From: Deinococcus sp.
GTDB taxonomy: Bacteria > Deinococcota > Deinococci > Deinococcales > Deinococcaceae
Assembly (NCBI GenBank): GCA_965261005.1
Contig: OZ253375.1
Coordinates: 1,312,001 to 1,376,000, forward strand
Direction: 5' to 3'
Length of the DNA: 64,000 nt
Position numbers and translations under genes: made by a program. The stretch's first letter is position 1; each line of letters begins with the position of its first letter. Shown here piece after piece: positions 10,961 through 21,493 of the stretch. A model generated the notes under the pieces. It searched no databases. It was not told where the DNA came from and was given only the letters and a program-made list of their open reading frames with translations.

Positions 10961-11755
10961 ATGCACGCTCACCCGTCTCCCCTGCTCGCCGCCGACATCG
11001 GCAACACCAGCACGGTCGTCGGCCTGACCGACGCGGAACTGCACCTCACCCACACCTGGCGGGTGCGCAGCAACCGCGACCAGTTGCCCGACGACCTGGC
11101 GCTGCTGTTGCGCGGCTTACTGGAGCTGAGCGGGGCGCCGCGCCCGGTGAGCGCGGTGCTGTCGAGCGTGGCGCCCCCGCTCGGCCAGAATTGGCAATTG
11201 GCATTGGAACGGCACTACGGCATGCGCGCCTTTGACGTGAGTGCGGCGGCCCTGCCCGAGGTCCGCATTGACCTCGCCGATCCCAGCAGTATCGGCGCCG
11301 ACCGGCTGGCGAACCTGTTCGGAGCCGAGAAATACCTTCGGGAGCACGTGTACGTCATCGTGGTGGACTTCGGCACCAGCACCAACTTCGACGTGATCGG
11401 GCGCGGGCGGCACTTTCTGGGCGGCGTGCTGGCGACCGGGGCGCAGGTGTCGGCCGACGCCCTCTTCGCGCGGGCGGCCAAGCTGCCGCGCGTGACCCTC
11501 AGCCCGCCCGCAAAAGCGCTGGGCCACACCACCGCCGAGGCCCTTCAGTCGGGCTTGGTCTTCGGCTACGCCGAAATGGTGGACGGCCTGCTGCGAAGGT
11601 TGCGCGCCGAGCTGCCCGGTTCCGCCCTGGCCGTGGCGACCGGCGGCTTCGCCCGCACCGTGGAGGGCATCTGCAAAGGGATAGATGTCTATGACGACGA
11701 TTTGACCTTGAGGGGGTTGGTGGAATTGTGGGCCAGCCGGGAACACAGCACGTAG
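10961..11755 (+). CDS. coaX: Type III pantothenate kinase
   Basis: LAADIGNT, GADRLAN, VVDFGTS, VATGG. Confidence 0.95.
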   Translation: MHAHPSPLLAADIGNTSTVVGLTDAELHLTHTWRVRSNRDQLPDDLALLLRGLLELSGAPRPVSAVLSSVAPPLGQNWQLALERHYGMRAFDVSAAALPEVRIDLADPSSIGADRLANLFGAEKYLREHVYVIVVDFGTSTNFDVIGRGRHFLGGVLATGAQVSADALFARAAKLPRVTLSPPAKALGHTTAEALQSGLVFGYAEMVDGLLRRLRAELPGSALAVATGGFARTVEGICKGIDVYDDDLTLRGLVELWASREHST

Positions 11756-11798
11756 CCTCTCCCACATCCCACAACTTACTCCCTTCCCGCTAACATCC

Positions 11799-11819
11799 CT
11801 TGAGCGCCCTCATGTTAAG
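11799..11819. promoter_or_regulatory. Degenerate HAIR (HspR) operator upstream of dnaJ
   Basis: CTTGAGC-N7-TGTTAAG versus consensus CTTGAGT-N7-ACTCAAG. Confidence 0.55.
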
Positions 11820-11830
11820 ATAACTTCCAG

Positions 11831-12943
11831 ATGGATTACTACGAATTGCTGGGTGTGCCGCGCGACGCGCCCCTCGAAGAGATCAAAAAGGCGTACCGCA
11901 AGCTGGCCCTCCAGCACCACCCCGACCGCAACAAGGAAAGCGGGGCGGCCGAGAAGTTCGCGCAGATCAACGCGGCCTACGCCACGCTATCCGACGCCGA
12001 GAAGCGGGCGCACTACGACCGCTTTGGGTCCGAGCCGGCGGCGGGCGGAATGCCGGGCGGTTTCGGCGAGGCGGGCTTCGACCCCTTCGATCTGTTCGAG
12101 CAGATGTTCGGCGGTGGCCTGTTCGGCGGGCGGGGCGGGCGGCGCGCGGCGCGCGGCGACGACCTGGAGACCGCGCTGCGCATCACGCTGGAGCAGGCCC
12201 GCGCGGGGGCCGAGGTCGAGGTGCCGCTGGACCGTCTCTCCCAGTGCGAACACTGCCACGGCACCAGGACCGAGCCGGGCGGCAAGCCGCCGCAAACCTG
12301 CCCCACCTGTCATGGTCAGGGTGTGGTGGCGCAGCAGACCCGCACCATCTTCGGCAACGTGGTGACCCAGGCGCCGTGCCCCACCTGTCGGGGCGACGGT
12401 CAGATTATCGAGGACCCCTGCACGGTCTGTCATGGGCGCGGGCGCACCCTGGGGGCCGAGCAGGTCTTGGTCAAGCTGCCAAAAGGCATTGACGAGGGCT
12501 ACCGCATCCGGGTGGCGGGCATGGGCAACGAGGGGCCGGGCGGCAACGGCGACCTCTACGTCCATTTGGAGATGGAAGCCCACCCGGAGCTGACCCGTGA
12601 AAACGAAAACCTGATTTACCGCGCCAAAATCGGCGTCGCGCAGGCGGTCTTCGGCGGCCACTTGGAGGCGCCCACGCTGGACGGCCCGAGGGAGGTGGAG
12701 TTTAAGGCCGGCACCCAGGACGGCGACACCGTGCGGCTGCGCGGCCAGGGGATGCCCAAGCTTCAGGCTTACGGCACCGGCGACCTGGTGGTGGTCTTCG
12801 ACGTGCAGATTCCAAAGGCGGCGGCCCTGAGCAAGGAGGCCCGCGCCCATTTGGAAGCCTACGCCCGCGAGGTGGGCGAGGACGTGGACGCGAGGGAGCC
12901 GGGGCTGCTGGGACGCATCGGCAAGGCGCTGCGCGGGGAGTGA
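11831..12943 (+). CDS. dnaJ: Chaperone DnaJ
   Basis: J domain with HPD, G/F region, four CxxCxG zinc-finger repeats. Confidence 0.97.
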   Translation: MDYYELLGVPRDAPLEEIKKAYRKLALQHHPDRNKESGAAEKFAQINAAYATLSDAEKRAHYDRFGSEPAAGGMPGGFGEAGFDPFDLFEQMFGGGLFGGRGGRRAARGDDLETALRITLEQARAGAEVEVPLDRLSQCEHCHGTRTEPGGKPPQTCPTCHGQGVVAQQTRTIFGNVVTQAPCPTCRGDGQIIEDPCTVCHGRGRTLGAEQVLVKLPKGIDEGYRIRVAGMGNEGPGGNGDLYVHLEMEAHPELTRENENLIYRAKIGVAQAVFGGHLEAPTLDGPREVEFKAGTQDGDTVRLRGQGMPKLQAYGTGDLVVVFDVQIPKAAALSKEARAHLEAYAREVGEDVDAREPGLLGRIGKALRGE

Positions 12944-13009
12944 GGGTCGTCCAGCCTCGCTTGGCCGCTATATTGAGGCGCAACGCCATACCTGCATTCA
13001 GAGGTTCCC

Positions 13010-13972
13010 TTGCCCAACCATGACCGTCCCCTGCTGGTGTTTTCCGGCCAGTCCAACTGCGCGCTTGCCGAGGAAATTTGCGACCATCTGGGCATTCCCC
13101 TCGGCAAAAGCGAGACCCAGCGCTTCACCAACGACAACCTGATCGTGCGCTATAAGGAGTCCCTGCGCGAGGCCGACGTCTTCGTGGTGCAGAGCTTCAC
13201 CACGCCCGTCAGCGACTCCATCATGGAACTCCTGCTACTGATTGACGCGGCCAAGAGCGCCTCGGCGGCGCGCGTGACGGCCGTGATTCCCTACTACAGC
13301 TACGCCCGCAGCGACAAAAAGGACGAGCCGCGTATCTCCATCGCTGGCCGCTTGGTCGCCGACTTGGTGCAGGCGTCGGGGGCCGACCGGGTGCTGACCA
13401 TGACGCTGCACAGCCCGCAGGTCCACGGTTTTTTCAAGATTCCGGTAGACCACCTTTCGGCCGAGATGGTGCTGGCCCGCCACTTCGAGCACACCGTGCC
13501 GAACGTGCGTGAGGGGGTGGTCCTGGCCCCCGACGCCGGCGACATCAAGCGCGCCTCGGCGCTGGCGCGGCGCCTCGGGTGCGGCCTCGCCTTTATCGAC
13601 AAGCAGCGCACCGGGGACACCTCGGTGGAGGCGCGGCTGCTGGTCGGCGACGTGCGCGGCAAGCCGGTGGTGATCGTGGACGACGAGATCGCCACCGCCG
13701 GCAGCTTGGTGGAGGCGGTCGCCCTCGCCAAGCAGAGCGGGGCCGCCGACGTGCACGTGGGTGTCACCCACGGCGTGTACACCGGCCCCGCCGTGGAGCG
13801 CATTCGCGACCTCGACGTGCGCGAAGTGTGCTCGACCAACACCGTCCGCGTGCCCGAGGCTAAGGTGGAAGCGTCGGGCAATAAGCTGTGTACCCTCACG
13901 GTCGCGCCGCTGTTCGCCAAGGCCATCCGGCACATTCACACCGGGGAGTCGGTCAGCACGCTGTTCGAGTGA
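13010..13972 (+). CDS. prs: Ribose-phosphate pyrophosphokinase
   Basis: [30 protein letters not shown]. Confidence 0.95.
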   Translation: MPNHDRPLLVFSGQSNCALAEEICDHLGIPLGKSETQRFTNDNLIVRYKESLREADVFVVQSFTTPVSDSIMELLLLIDAAKSASAARVTAVIPYYSYARSDKKDEPRISIAGRLVADLVQASGADRVLTMTLHSPQVHGFFKIPVDHLSAEMVLARHFEHTVPNVREGVVLAPDAGDIKRASALARRLGCGLAFIDKQRTGDTSVEARLLVGDVRGKPVVIVDDEIATAGSLVEAVALAKQSGAADVHVGVTHGVYTGPAVERIRDLDVREVCSTNTVRVPEAKVEASGNKLCTLTVAPLFAKAIRHIHTGESVSTLFE

Positions 13973-13989
13973 GACCGGCTCCCCTTTTT

Positions 13990-14274
13990 TTAGTCGGCCA
14001 CCACCTCGACGCCCTTCCAGAACGCCACGTGGTCCTTGATCTCCTTTGCGGCGTCCTTGGGGGCCGGGTAGTACCAAGCGGCGTCGGGATTGGTCTGGCC
14101 GTCCACGTCGAGGATGTAGTAGCTGGCGGTGCCCTTCCAAGGGCAGACCGTCGTGGTGGCGCTGTCACGCAAAAAAGATTTCTCCACCGAGTCGGCCGGG
14201 AAGTAGTGGTTGCCCTCGATCACCACGGTGTGGTCACTCTGCGCGATGGTCGCGCCGTTCCAGATTGCCCGCAT
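13990..14274 (-). CDS. DUF427 domain protein
   Basis: MRAIWNG..IAQSD...IEGNHYFP...CPWKGTASYY...AAWYYP...VAFWKGV. Confidence 0.9.
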   Translation of the reverse strand: MRAIWNGATIAQSDHTVVIEGNHYFPADSVEKSFLRDSATTTVCPWKGTASYYILDVDGQTNPDAAWYYPAPKDAAKEIKDHVAFWKGVEVVAD

Positions 14275-14396
14275 AAAGACCTCCGAAGCCGAGCGTAGCC
14301 CCGCGCCCGACTTGAAAACGTCGCGCTCACGACAGAGCGTGAATCTCACAAGACGTTTGCACTTGAGCGGGAACGCCGTAGCTGCCAAGGTGTGGC

Positions 14397-15461
14397 ATGC
14401 GACGAACGCTCAGCCTGCTCACTTTTATCTGCGCCTGCTCGGCGGGGGCGCACGAGAAGTGGTTTTACGACGCGACCGACTATCCCGCGCGCCTAAGCGC
14501 GGTGGGGCGGCCCTTCACGCTCCTGCTGATCGGCGCGGTTGTGGCCGCCGCCGTGATCGGCTGGCTGTGGCAACGCTCTCGCGGCGGGCGCGAACTGTTG
14601 CCAGGGCCAGCCTTTTTCGGCGCCTCCGAGCGGGGCATGACCCTGCTGTACGCCGTGATCCCGGCCATTCTGGCGGTCCACGCCGCCGTGCCCTTGGTGG
14701 TGAACGGGGTGCTGGGCGATCTGTTTTCGCCCAATAACGCTCTTTTGGGCGGCTGGAAGTACCCGCTGGGCCTCCTGGAGGTGGGCATCGCGCTGGCCCT
14801 GTTTTACGGCGGCTTCACGCGCTTGGCAGCGCTCTCGCTCGCGCTGCTGTGGCTGTTCGGCTTGTGGCTGGGCGGCGTGGGGGACATGCTGGACAACCTG
14901 CACTACCTGGGCCTGGCCGCCTTTTTCTGGCTGGCGGGGCGCGGGCCGTATTCGGTGGGCCGCTTGGTGCTGCCGAACTTGGACGCGCCGCCCGAGCTGG
15001 CCCACCTCGCGGTGCCCGCGCTGCGCATCTTCACGGCCCTCAGCTTGATCGCCACCGCCTTTTCCGAGAAGCTGGCCAACCCGGCGCTGGCGGGGGCCTT
15101 TTTGCAGAAGTACCCCATCAACCTGGCGGCCAACTTGGGGCTGCCGATTCCCGACGTCACCTTCGCGCTGCTGGCGGGGGCGGTGGAGTTGACGCTGGGC
15201 GTGTTCTTGCTGTTCAACATCTTCCCCAGGCTGGTCATCCTGGTCGCCTGGCTCCCCTTCAACCTCACGCTGACGGTGTTCGGTTGGCAGGAGCTGGTCG
15301 GCCACCTGCCGTACTACGGCATCATGGCGCTGCTGCTGATCTGGCCGGGAGGCAAGGAGAACGACGCGCTGTGGCGCCGGGGCCTGCACGAAACCGCCCT
15401 ACCCACGCCGCCGCGCCGGGCCAGGGGGACGGCGCCGGCGGTGGGGACTGAGCGGGCGTAG
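14397..15461 (+). CDS. DoxX-family membrane protein
   Basis: Signal peptide then HEKWF; multiple TMs; EKLANP and ELVGHLP motifs. Confidence 0.7.
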   Translation: MRRTLSLLTFICACSAGAHEKWFYDATDYPARLSAVGRPFTLLLIGAVVAAAVIGWLWQRSRGGRELLPGPAFFGASERGMTLLYAVIPAILAVHAAVPLVVNGVLGDLFSPNNALLGGWKYPLGLLEVGIALALFYGGFTRLAALSLALLWLFGLWLGGVGDMLDNLHYLGLAAFFWLAGRGPYSVGRLVLPNLDAPPELAHLAVPALRIFTALSLIATAFSEKLANPALAGAFLQKYPINLAANLGLPIPDVTFALLAGAVELTLGVFLLFNIFPRLVILVAWLPFNLTLTVFGWQELVGHLPYYGIMALLLIWPGGKENDALWRRGLHETALPTPPRRARGTAPAVGTERA

Positions 15462-15534
15462 GCCCTTTCTTCACCAAGCCTCGCAATGCCACCTGTGCCA
15501 CAAGGCGTCCTCGGCGCGCGGCTAGCATCGGGGG

Positions 15535-17118
15535 ATGGCAAGAACCCTGATGCTGACGACCCTGCTCGCGCTGGCCGGGCAGAGCCTCGCGGCCGGCACC
15601 TTGGTCTACGGCGCCCCCGGCGAGCCGGTGACCCTCGACCCCGGCAACGCTTCCGACAACCCCAGCTTGCAGGTGCAGACCCAGATTTACGACCGCCTGG
15701 TGAACTTCAAGCCGGGCACCGCCACGCCCGCGCCGGGCTTGGCGACGTCTTGGAGCGCCAACGCGGACGCGACGGTGTGGACCTTCAAGCTTAGAAAGGG
15801 GGTCAAGTTCAGCGACGGCACACCCTTCGACGCGGGCGCGGTCATCTTCAACGTGAACCGCTGGTGGGACCCGGGGGACAAGTACGGCTCCCGTTCCCAG
15901 GGCAAGATCTTTGAAATTTGGAGCGACCTGCTGGGCGGCTTCAAGGGCGACCAGAACAGCGTTCTGAAGAGCGTCGCCAAGCTGGACGACCATACGGTGC
16001 GCTTCACGCTGAATCAGCCCTTCACGGCCTTTCCGGACATCCTGGGCACCGACTACTTCGGCGTCGCCTCGCCGGCGGCGGTGAGGGCGCAGGGGGCCAA
16101 GTACGGCACCCCGGCCAGCACGCCGGTGGGCACCGGGCCATTTGTCTTTGGAAGTTGGAAAACCGGCGACCGCGTGACGCTGACACCCAACAAGGGCTAC
16201 TGGGGCACCAAGAGCACGCTGGACGGCTTCGTGATCCGCTTTCTGAAGGATCCCAGCGCCCGGCTCAACGAGCTGCGCGCCGGCGGCATCGACTTCACCA
16301 GCAGCCTCAACCCTGACGACGCGAAGACCATCAAAAGGGATCCCAAGCTGACGTTGGTGCTGCCGCCCGCCTTCAACGTCGGGCTGCTGAACCTCAACAC
16401 CCGCAACACCTACCTGAAAAGCGCGCAGGTGCGGCGGGCCGTCAGCATGGCGGTCAACAAAAAGGCCATCGTGGCGGCGTTTTGGGGCGACCTCGGCAGC
16501 AGCGACGCCTCCTTGCTGCCGGCCGCGCTGGGGTGGGCCAACTCGGGCAGCGTGCCGGCGGACTATAAGTACGATCCGCAGGCCGCCAAAGCGCTGCTGA
16601 CCCAGGCGGGCTACCCCAACGGCTTCACGCTGGACTTGTGGTATCCCCCGATCTCGCGCAGCTACTTTCCCACGCCCAAGCCGGTCGCCGAGGCCATCGC
16701 GGCCGACCTCGCGGCCGTCGGCGTCAAGGCCAACCTGCGCACCGAGGACTGGGCCGCCTACCTGCGCGACCGCAACAAGGCGCCGGGCTTCGACATGTTC
16801 CTGTACGGCTGGAGCGGCGACTACGGCGACCCGGACAACTTCTACTCGGCCTTTTATGGGCCGGGCGGCTCGGACGACACCGGCTACGACCCGCCCGAGC
16901 TGGCCGCCCTCCTGAAGAAGGGCCGCGCCGCCGTGGGCCAGACGGCCAAGGCCAAAATCTACGCCCAGGTACAGCAGCTCACCTACGCCGCCGACGTCCG
17001 CCTCCCCATCGTCCACGGCGTCGCGCCGGCCGCCGCGCGCACGTACGTCAAGAACTGGATCACCGGCCCCCTCGGCGTGCTGGAAAACGTCAACCTGATT
17101 CGGCTGGAGGAGAAGTAG
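15535..17118 (+). CDS. ABC transporter peptide/nickel-type substrate-binding protein (family 5)
   Basis: TLDP...IYDRLV...LATSW...FKLRKGVKFSDGTPFDA, PVGTGPF. Confidence 0.92.
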   Translation: MARTLMLTTLLALAGQSLAAGTLVYGAPGEPVTLDPGNASDNPSLQVQTQIYDRLVNFKPGTATPAPGLATSWSANADATVWTFKLRKGVKFSDGTPFDAGAVIFNVNRWWDPGDKYGSRSQGKIFEIWSDLLGGFKGDQNSVLKSVAKLDDHTVRFTLNQPFTAFPDILGTDYFGVASPAAVRAQGAKYGTPASTPVGTGPFVFGSWKTGDRVTLTPNKGYWGTKSTLDGFVIRFLKDPSARLNELRAGGIDFTSSLNPDDAKTIKRDPKLTLVLPPAFNVGLLNLNTRNTYLKSAQVRRAVSMAVNKKAIVAAFWGDLGSSDASLLPAALGWANSGSVPADYKYDPQAAKALLTQAGYPNGFTLDLWYPPISRSYFPTPKPVAEAIAADLAAVGVKANLRTEDWAAYLRDRNKAPGFDMFLYGWSGDYGDPDNFYSAFYGPGGSDDTGYDPPELAALLKKGRAAVGQTAKAKIYAQVQQLTYAADVRLPIVHGVAPAAARTYVKNWITGPLGVLENVNLIRLEEK

Positions 17119-17140
17119 AGAACCTCGCAACCCCAAATTA

Positions 17141-17170
17141 AGGGCGCCCCCGACTTCTCGGGGGCGCCCT
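17141..17170. terminator. Bidirectional hairpin between convergent genes
   Basis: agggcgcccccg-acttct-cgggggcgccct, perfect 12-bp stem. Confidence 0.75.
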
Positions 17171-17182
17171 GTTTAAACTCGC

Positions 17183-18964
17183 TCAGGCTTTGATCTTCGG
17201 GGCCGGATACCCGTCCGCTTCCAAAACGGCCTTTGCCACGTGGCGGCGCAGGCGGATGGTGTTGGTGCTGGCCTGCTTGGTCAGCTTTTTGACGGCCGAC
17301 AGCATGACGCGCAATTCGTCCCCCTCGGCGATCATGCTCAGGGCCTCGCGCGCCAAGGTCGCGGCCTTCTCGGCGGCCTCGAAGACGTAGACCTGGGTCA
17401 TCTCGCTTTGCAGTTCGGGGGCGCCCAGCTTGCGGGTCCGCAGCAGCGCCGACTCGCCCGCGTAGGCCAGCATCACGATGTCGGCGGCGCGCATCAGGAT
17501 CTCCTGGCGGCTCTCCAGCTGTGGGCCGTACTTCTGGGCGGCACTGCCGGCGACGAGCAGGGCCAGCTTCTTGAGATTCGAGACGACCTTCAGCTCGGCG
17601 GCGAGGGGCTGGGTGTCCTCTTCTTCAGCAAAGCTCGGCTCCAGCAATTCGGCCTGCAACTTTTGGGCGGCCTGGAGCAGGGGAAGCTCCCCCTTCATGG
17701 CGCGCTTCAGGAGCTGCCCCGGAATCAGCAGGCGGTTGATCTCGTTGGTGCCCTCGAAGATGCGGTTGATGCGCGCGTCGCGGTAAGCGCGCTCGATGGC
17801 GTACTCCTGGCTGTAGCCGACGCCACCGTGAATCTGCACGCCCTCGTCCACGGCGTAGTCGAGCAGCTCCGACCCCAACACCTTGAGCATGCTGGCCTCG
17901 GCGGCGTACTCCTCGATGGCCCTCAGCTTGTCCACGCCGTTCTCGATGGCCCCGTCAATCAGGCCCACCAAGCGGTACAGCGCGCTCTCGACCGCGTAGG
18001 TGCGAATGGCGATGCCCGCGAGCTTTTCCTGAATGGCCCCGAAGGCGGCGATGGGCTGGCCGAACTGCTCGCGTTCCTGGGCGTACTTGGCGCTGAGTTC
18101 GAGCGCGTCCTTGGCCCCGCCGACGCCGCCCGCGCCCAGCTTGTAGCGGCCGACGTTGAGGATGTTAAAGGCGATCTTGGCCCCCGCCCCCACGCCGCCC
18201 AGCAAGTTCCCCGCCGGCACCTTCACGTTGTCGAGGTTGAGCACGACCGTGCTGGAGGAGCGGATGCCCATCTTGTGCTCCTCGGCGGCGGTGCTGACCC
18301 CATCGAAGGCGCGCTCGACGAGGAAGGCGCTGAACTTGTTGCCCTCCGGCGTCTTCACCTGCGCGAATACCGTGAACAAGTCGGCGATGCCGCCGTTGGA
18401 GATCCACATCTTGGCGCCGTTGAGGGTGTAGGAGCTGCCGTCCTCGGACAAAGTGGCGGTCGTCTTGGCGGCCTGCGCGTCCGAGCCGCTGCTGGGTTCG
18501 GTCAGGCAGTAGGCCGCGATCAGCTCGGCGGTGGCGAGCCTTGGGAGGTACTTCTCCTTTTGCGCCTCGCTGCCGAAGTACACCGTGGGCAGCGAGCCGA
18601 TGGATTGGTGCGCCCCGTAGGTCACGCCGAAGCCGCCGGTCTTGGCGGTCTTCTCGGCGATGATCAGGCTGGCCGCCTTGGGCAGGTCCAGGCCGCCGTA
18701 CTCCTCCGGAATCTCCACGGCGGTGAGGCCGAGGTCGCCCGCACGGCGCAGCAGCTTCTGGTTCAGGCCGGGCTGCTTGGCCTCCAACTCGGCGATCAGC
18801 GGCATCACCTCGCGCTCCACGAAGGTCCCGGTGGTGTCAGCGATCTGGCGCAACACGCCGTCCAGGTCCTCGGGGGTATAGACGCTCTGGGGGTCGGTGT
18901 CCTGAATCAGAAACGCGCCACCCTTGACGAGTAGTTGAGGCGTTTTCTCCTGCGTGGCCGCCAT
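17183..18964 (-). CDS. Acyl-CoA dehydrogenase (long, FadE-type)
   Basis: AYCLTEPSSGSDA, KMWISNG, EHKMGIRSS, RINRIFEGTNEINR. Confidence 0.95.
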   Translation of the reverse strand: MAATQEKTPQLLVKGGAFLIQDTDPQSVYTPEDLDGVLRQIADTTGTFVEREVMPLIAELEAKQPGLNQKLLRRAGDLGLTAVEIPEEYGGLDLPKAASLIIAEKTAKTGGFGVTYGAHQSIGSLPTVYFGSEAQKEKYLPRLATAELIAAYCLTEPSSGSDAQAAKTTATLSEDGSSYTLNGAKMWISNGGIADLFTVFAQVKTPEGNKFSAFLVERAFDGVSTAAEEHKMGIRSSSTVVLNLDNVKVPAGNLLGGVGAGAKIAFNILNVGRYKLGAGGVGGAKDALELSAKYAQEREQFGQPIAAFGAIQEKLAGIAIRTYAVESALYRLVGLIDGAIENGVDKLRAIEEYAAEASMLKVLGSELLDYAVDEGVQIHGGVGYSQEYAIERAYRDARINRIFEGTNEINRLLIPGQLLKRAMKGELPLLQAAQKLQAELLEPSFAEEEDTQPLAAELKVVSNLKKLALLVAGSAAQKYGPQLESRQEILMRAADIVMLAYAGESALLRTRKLGAPELQSEMTQVYVFEAAEKAATLAREALSMIAEGDELRVMLSAVKKLTKQASTNTIRLRRHVAKAVLEADGYPAPKIKA

Positions 18965-18992
18965 ACGGTCCTCCTTGTGAACTCAGAAATTA

Positions 18993-19007
18993 TTGTACTC
19001 AGTATAA
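18993..19007. promoter_or_regulatory. Palindromic operator candidate upstream of acyl-CoA dehydrogenase
   Basis: TTGTACT-C-AGTATAA within an AT-rich promoter. Confidence 0.45.
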
Positions 19008-19022
19008 AACAGCGGGACGCAC

Positions 19023-19052
19023 AAAAAAAGACGGCCCGCAGGCCGCCTTTTC
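19023..19052 (-). terminator. Intrinsic terminator after the small acidic ORF
   Basis: aaaaaaagacggcc-cgca-ggccgcctttt. Confidence 0.6.
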
Positions 19053-19061
19053 TCACAGAAC

Positions 19062-19298
19062 TCAGCGCCGGTCGCCCGCCGGCTCGCCGGGCAAATCGTC
19101 GCCGGTTTTGCGCCCGAGGGTTTTATCCTCGTCGGGAAAGGTGAAGTCGTCCCCGGCGCCGCGCGGAATGGCGTTCTCGCCGTCCTGCTCGCGCAGTTGG
19201 TGGATCTCGGCGTCCTGCTGCTTTTGAATGGCGCTGTCCTTGCCCACGTAGCCCCGGCCCTCGCGGTCCGAGGCGGGAATGCTCTTGTCGTCGCTCAT
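19062..19298 (-). CDS. Small hydrophilic, acidic hypothetical protein
   Basis: GAAGGGAG RBS; 78 aa rich in D/E/G/R; followed by a terminator. Confidence 0.7.
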   Translation of the reverse strand: MSDDKSIPASDREGRGYVGKDSAIQKQQDAEIHQLREQDGENAIPRGAGDDFTFPDEDKTLGRKTGDDLPGEPAGDRR

Positions 19299-19376
19299 TG
19301 ATAACTCCCTTCACGGGCAGCATGGCGAACGGCGGCCTCGGCCCGGCCAAAAGCTCATGAACACATCTTCACGCCT

Positions 19377-20213
19377 TTACCGGCCGCTGAACTTGGCCGC
19401 TCTCCGTTCCAGAAAGTGCCCGACCCCTTCCCGAAAGTCCTCGCTGCCGAAGCCGGCCAGCATCTCCATCAGGGCGTCCTGCATGGACGCGCTCAGACTC
19501 TGGCTTTGGGCGGCGTACAGCTGGCGCTTGATGACATTCAGGGAGCGCGGCGAGACGGTGCTGGCCATCTCGCGGGCGTAGGCCATCACCCCATCCATGA
19601 AGTCCTCGTCGGGCAGCACCCGGTTCACCAAACCCAATTCTTTCGCTTCCCGCGCGTCCACCTGCCGGGCGCTGAACAGCAGATCGGCGGCGTTCGCCAT
19701 GCCGATCAGGCGCGGCAACTGCCAAGCCACCCCATACTCGGCCACCAAGCCCAGGCGCGCGAAGGCGGTGGAGAGCTTGGCCGACTCGGCCGCGAAGCGC
19801 AGGTCGCAGAACAAGCTGATGACCAAGCCGAGGCCCACCACCGGGCCGTTCAGGGCGGCGATCACGGGCTTGTCGAGGGCCGCCAGGTAGGCCGGCTCCA
19901 AGCGGTACTCGGCATGGTGTTCGGCGGCGAGGTCTTGCAGCTCGGGCGGGCGGCGCAGCAACACGTCGCGCAAACCCTCCCCGCCCGCGTTCAACGCCCC
20001 TTTCAGGTCCTCCAAGTCCGCCCCGGCGCAAAAGCCGCGCCCGGCCCCGGTCAGCACGATCACGCGCGCCGCGTCGTCGGCGTTCGCCGCCAGCATGTGG
20101 GCGCGCACCTCGGCCGCCATCTGCTGGGTCCAGGCGTTCAGCTTGTCGGGGCGGTTGAGGGTCACGGTCGCCACGCCGTCCTGCACCCGGTACTGCGTCT
20201 GCGCTTCGCTCAT
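19377..20213 (-). CDS. Enoyl-CoA hydratase/isomerase family protein
   Basis: LNRPDKLNA, FCAGADL, KPVIAALNG. Confidence 0.93.
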   Translation of the reverse strand: MSEAQTQYRVQDGVATVTLNRPDKLNAWTQQMAAEVRAHMLAANADDAARVIVLTGAGRGFCAGADLEDLKGALNAGGEGLRDVLLRRPPELQDLAAEHHAEYRLEPAYLAALDKPVIAALNGPVVGLGLVISLFCDLRFAAESAKLSTAFARLGLVAEYGVAWQLPRLIGMANAADLLFSARQVDAREAKELGLVNRVLPDEDFMDGVMAYAREMASTVSPRSLNVIKRQLYAAQSQSLSASMQDALMEMLAGFGSEDFREGVGHFLERRAAKFSGR

Positions 20214-20281
20214 GGTTGGCCTCCTTGGGACGCGACCATCATAGCCCCGCGCGTAACCGGCGCGAGTGGTCTACTGGGGGC

Positions 20282-21493
20282 ATGCGCGCCGAACTGCAAC
20301 GCCTTCAGGAGCAGCTGCAACCCACCGACCTGGATGGCTGGCTGATCTACGACTTTCAGGGCCTCAACAAGCTGGCCGCCCAATTGCTCGGCTTGCCCCA
20401 GGGCGCCCACCTGACCCGGCGCTTCTTCGTGTGGGTGCCGCGCGAGGGAGCGGCCACCGTACTGCACCACCGCATCGAAGCGGGCGCCTGGGCCAGCTTG
20501 ACGGCGAACAGCGGCGCCCGCCTGCTTCCCTACGGCGCCCACGCGGAACTGGACGCCAATCTGCGCGAGCTGCTGGGCGGCGCGGGCAAGGTCGCGATGG
20601 AGTACAGCCCGCGCGCCGAGGTCCCCTACGTCTCCTTCGTGGACGCCGGCACGCTGGCGCGGGTGCGCGAAACCGGGGCCGAGGTCGTCAGCAGCGCCGA
20701 CCTGCTGCAAGCCTTGTTAAGCTGGAGCGCGGACGACCTGGCCGCCCACCGCCGCGCCGCGCAGGTTCTAACGCGCGCCAGGGACGCCGGCTTTCAGCTG
20801 ATCCACGAGCGGCTGCGGGCGGGCCGGAGCGTGACCGAGCTGGAGGTGCAGCGGGCCGTGATGGACGAGGTCACGGCGGGCGGCCTGACCGCTGACCATC
20901 CGGCCATCGTGGGCTTCGGCAGGAATGCCGCCGACCCGCACTATTCACCCGACGAGGGGCACAACGCGACGCTGCGGGGCGGCCAGTGCGTGCTGATCGA
21001 CTTGTGGGGCCAGGAAGCGGGCCGTCCCCACGCCGACGTGACCTGGATGGGCTTCGCGGGCGAGGCGAGCGCCGAGTTCCTGGACGCTTGGAACGCCGTG
21101 GCGGCGGCGCGCGACTTGGCGCTGGACACGCTGAGAAGCGGCTGGCCCGACCTTCAGGGCTGGCAGGTGGACCGCGCCGCCCGCGACCTGCTGACAGGGC
21201 GCGGCTACGGCGAGTTCTTCACCCACCGCCTGGGGCACAATTTGGGCGCGCAGCTGCACGGCCCCGGCGCCAACCTGGACGACTTCGAGACCCACGACAC
21301 CCGCCGGCTCACCCCCGGTTTGGCCGTCACGGTGGAGCCGGGGGTCTACCCAGTGGGGCGCGGCTACGGGATTCGCAGCGAGGTGAACGTCTTTTTGGGG
21401 GAGGCCGGGCCGGAGGTGACAACGCCGGTCCAGCGCGCGCCCCTCGTGCTGGGCGTGGGGGAATGGGAGGCGGTGCGGGCGGCGGCCCTTTAA
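20282..21493 (+). CDS. M24 family (Xaa-Pro) peptidase
   Basis: ADPHY, LIDLW...ADVT, FTHRLGH, TVEPGVY, GIRSE. Confidence 0.9.
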   Translation: MRAELQRLQEQLQPTDLDGWLIYDFQGLNKLAAQLLGLPQGAHLTRRFFVWVPREGAATVLHHRIEAGAWASLTANSGARLLPYGAHAELDANLRELLGGAGKVAMEYSPRAEVPYVSFVDAGTLARVRETGAEVVSSADLLQALLSWSADDLAAHRRAAQVLTRARDAGFQLIHERLRAGRSVTELEVQRAVMDEVTAGGLTADHPAIVGFGRNAADPHYSPDEGHNATLRGGQCVLIDLWGQEAGRPHADVTWMGFAGEASAEFLDAWNAVAAARDLALDTLRSGWPDLQGWQVDRAARDLLTGRGYGEFFTHRLGHNLGAQLHGPGANLDDFETHDTRRLTPGLAVTVEPGVYPVGRGYGIRSEVNVFLGEAGPEVTTPVQRAPLVLGVGEWEAVRAAAL

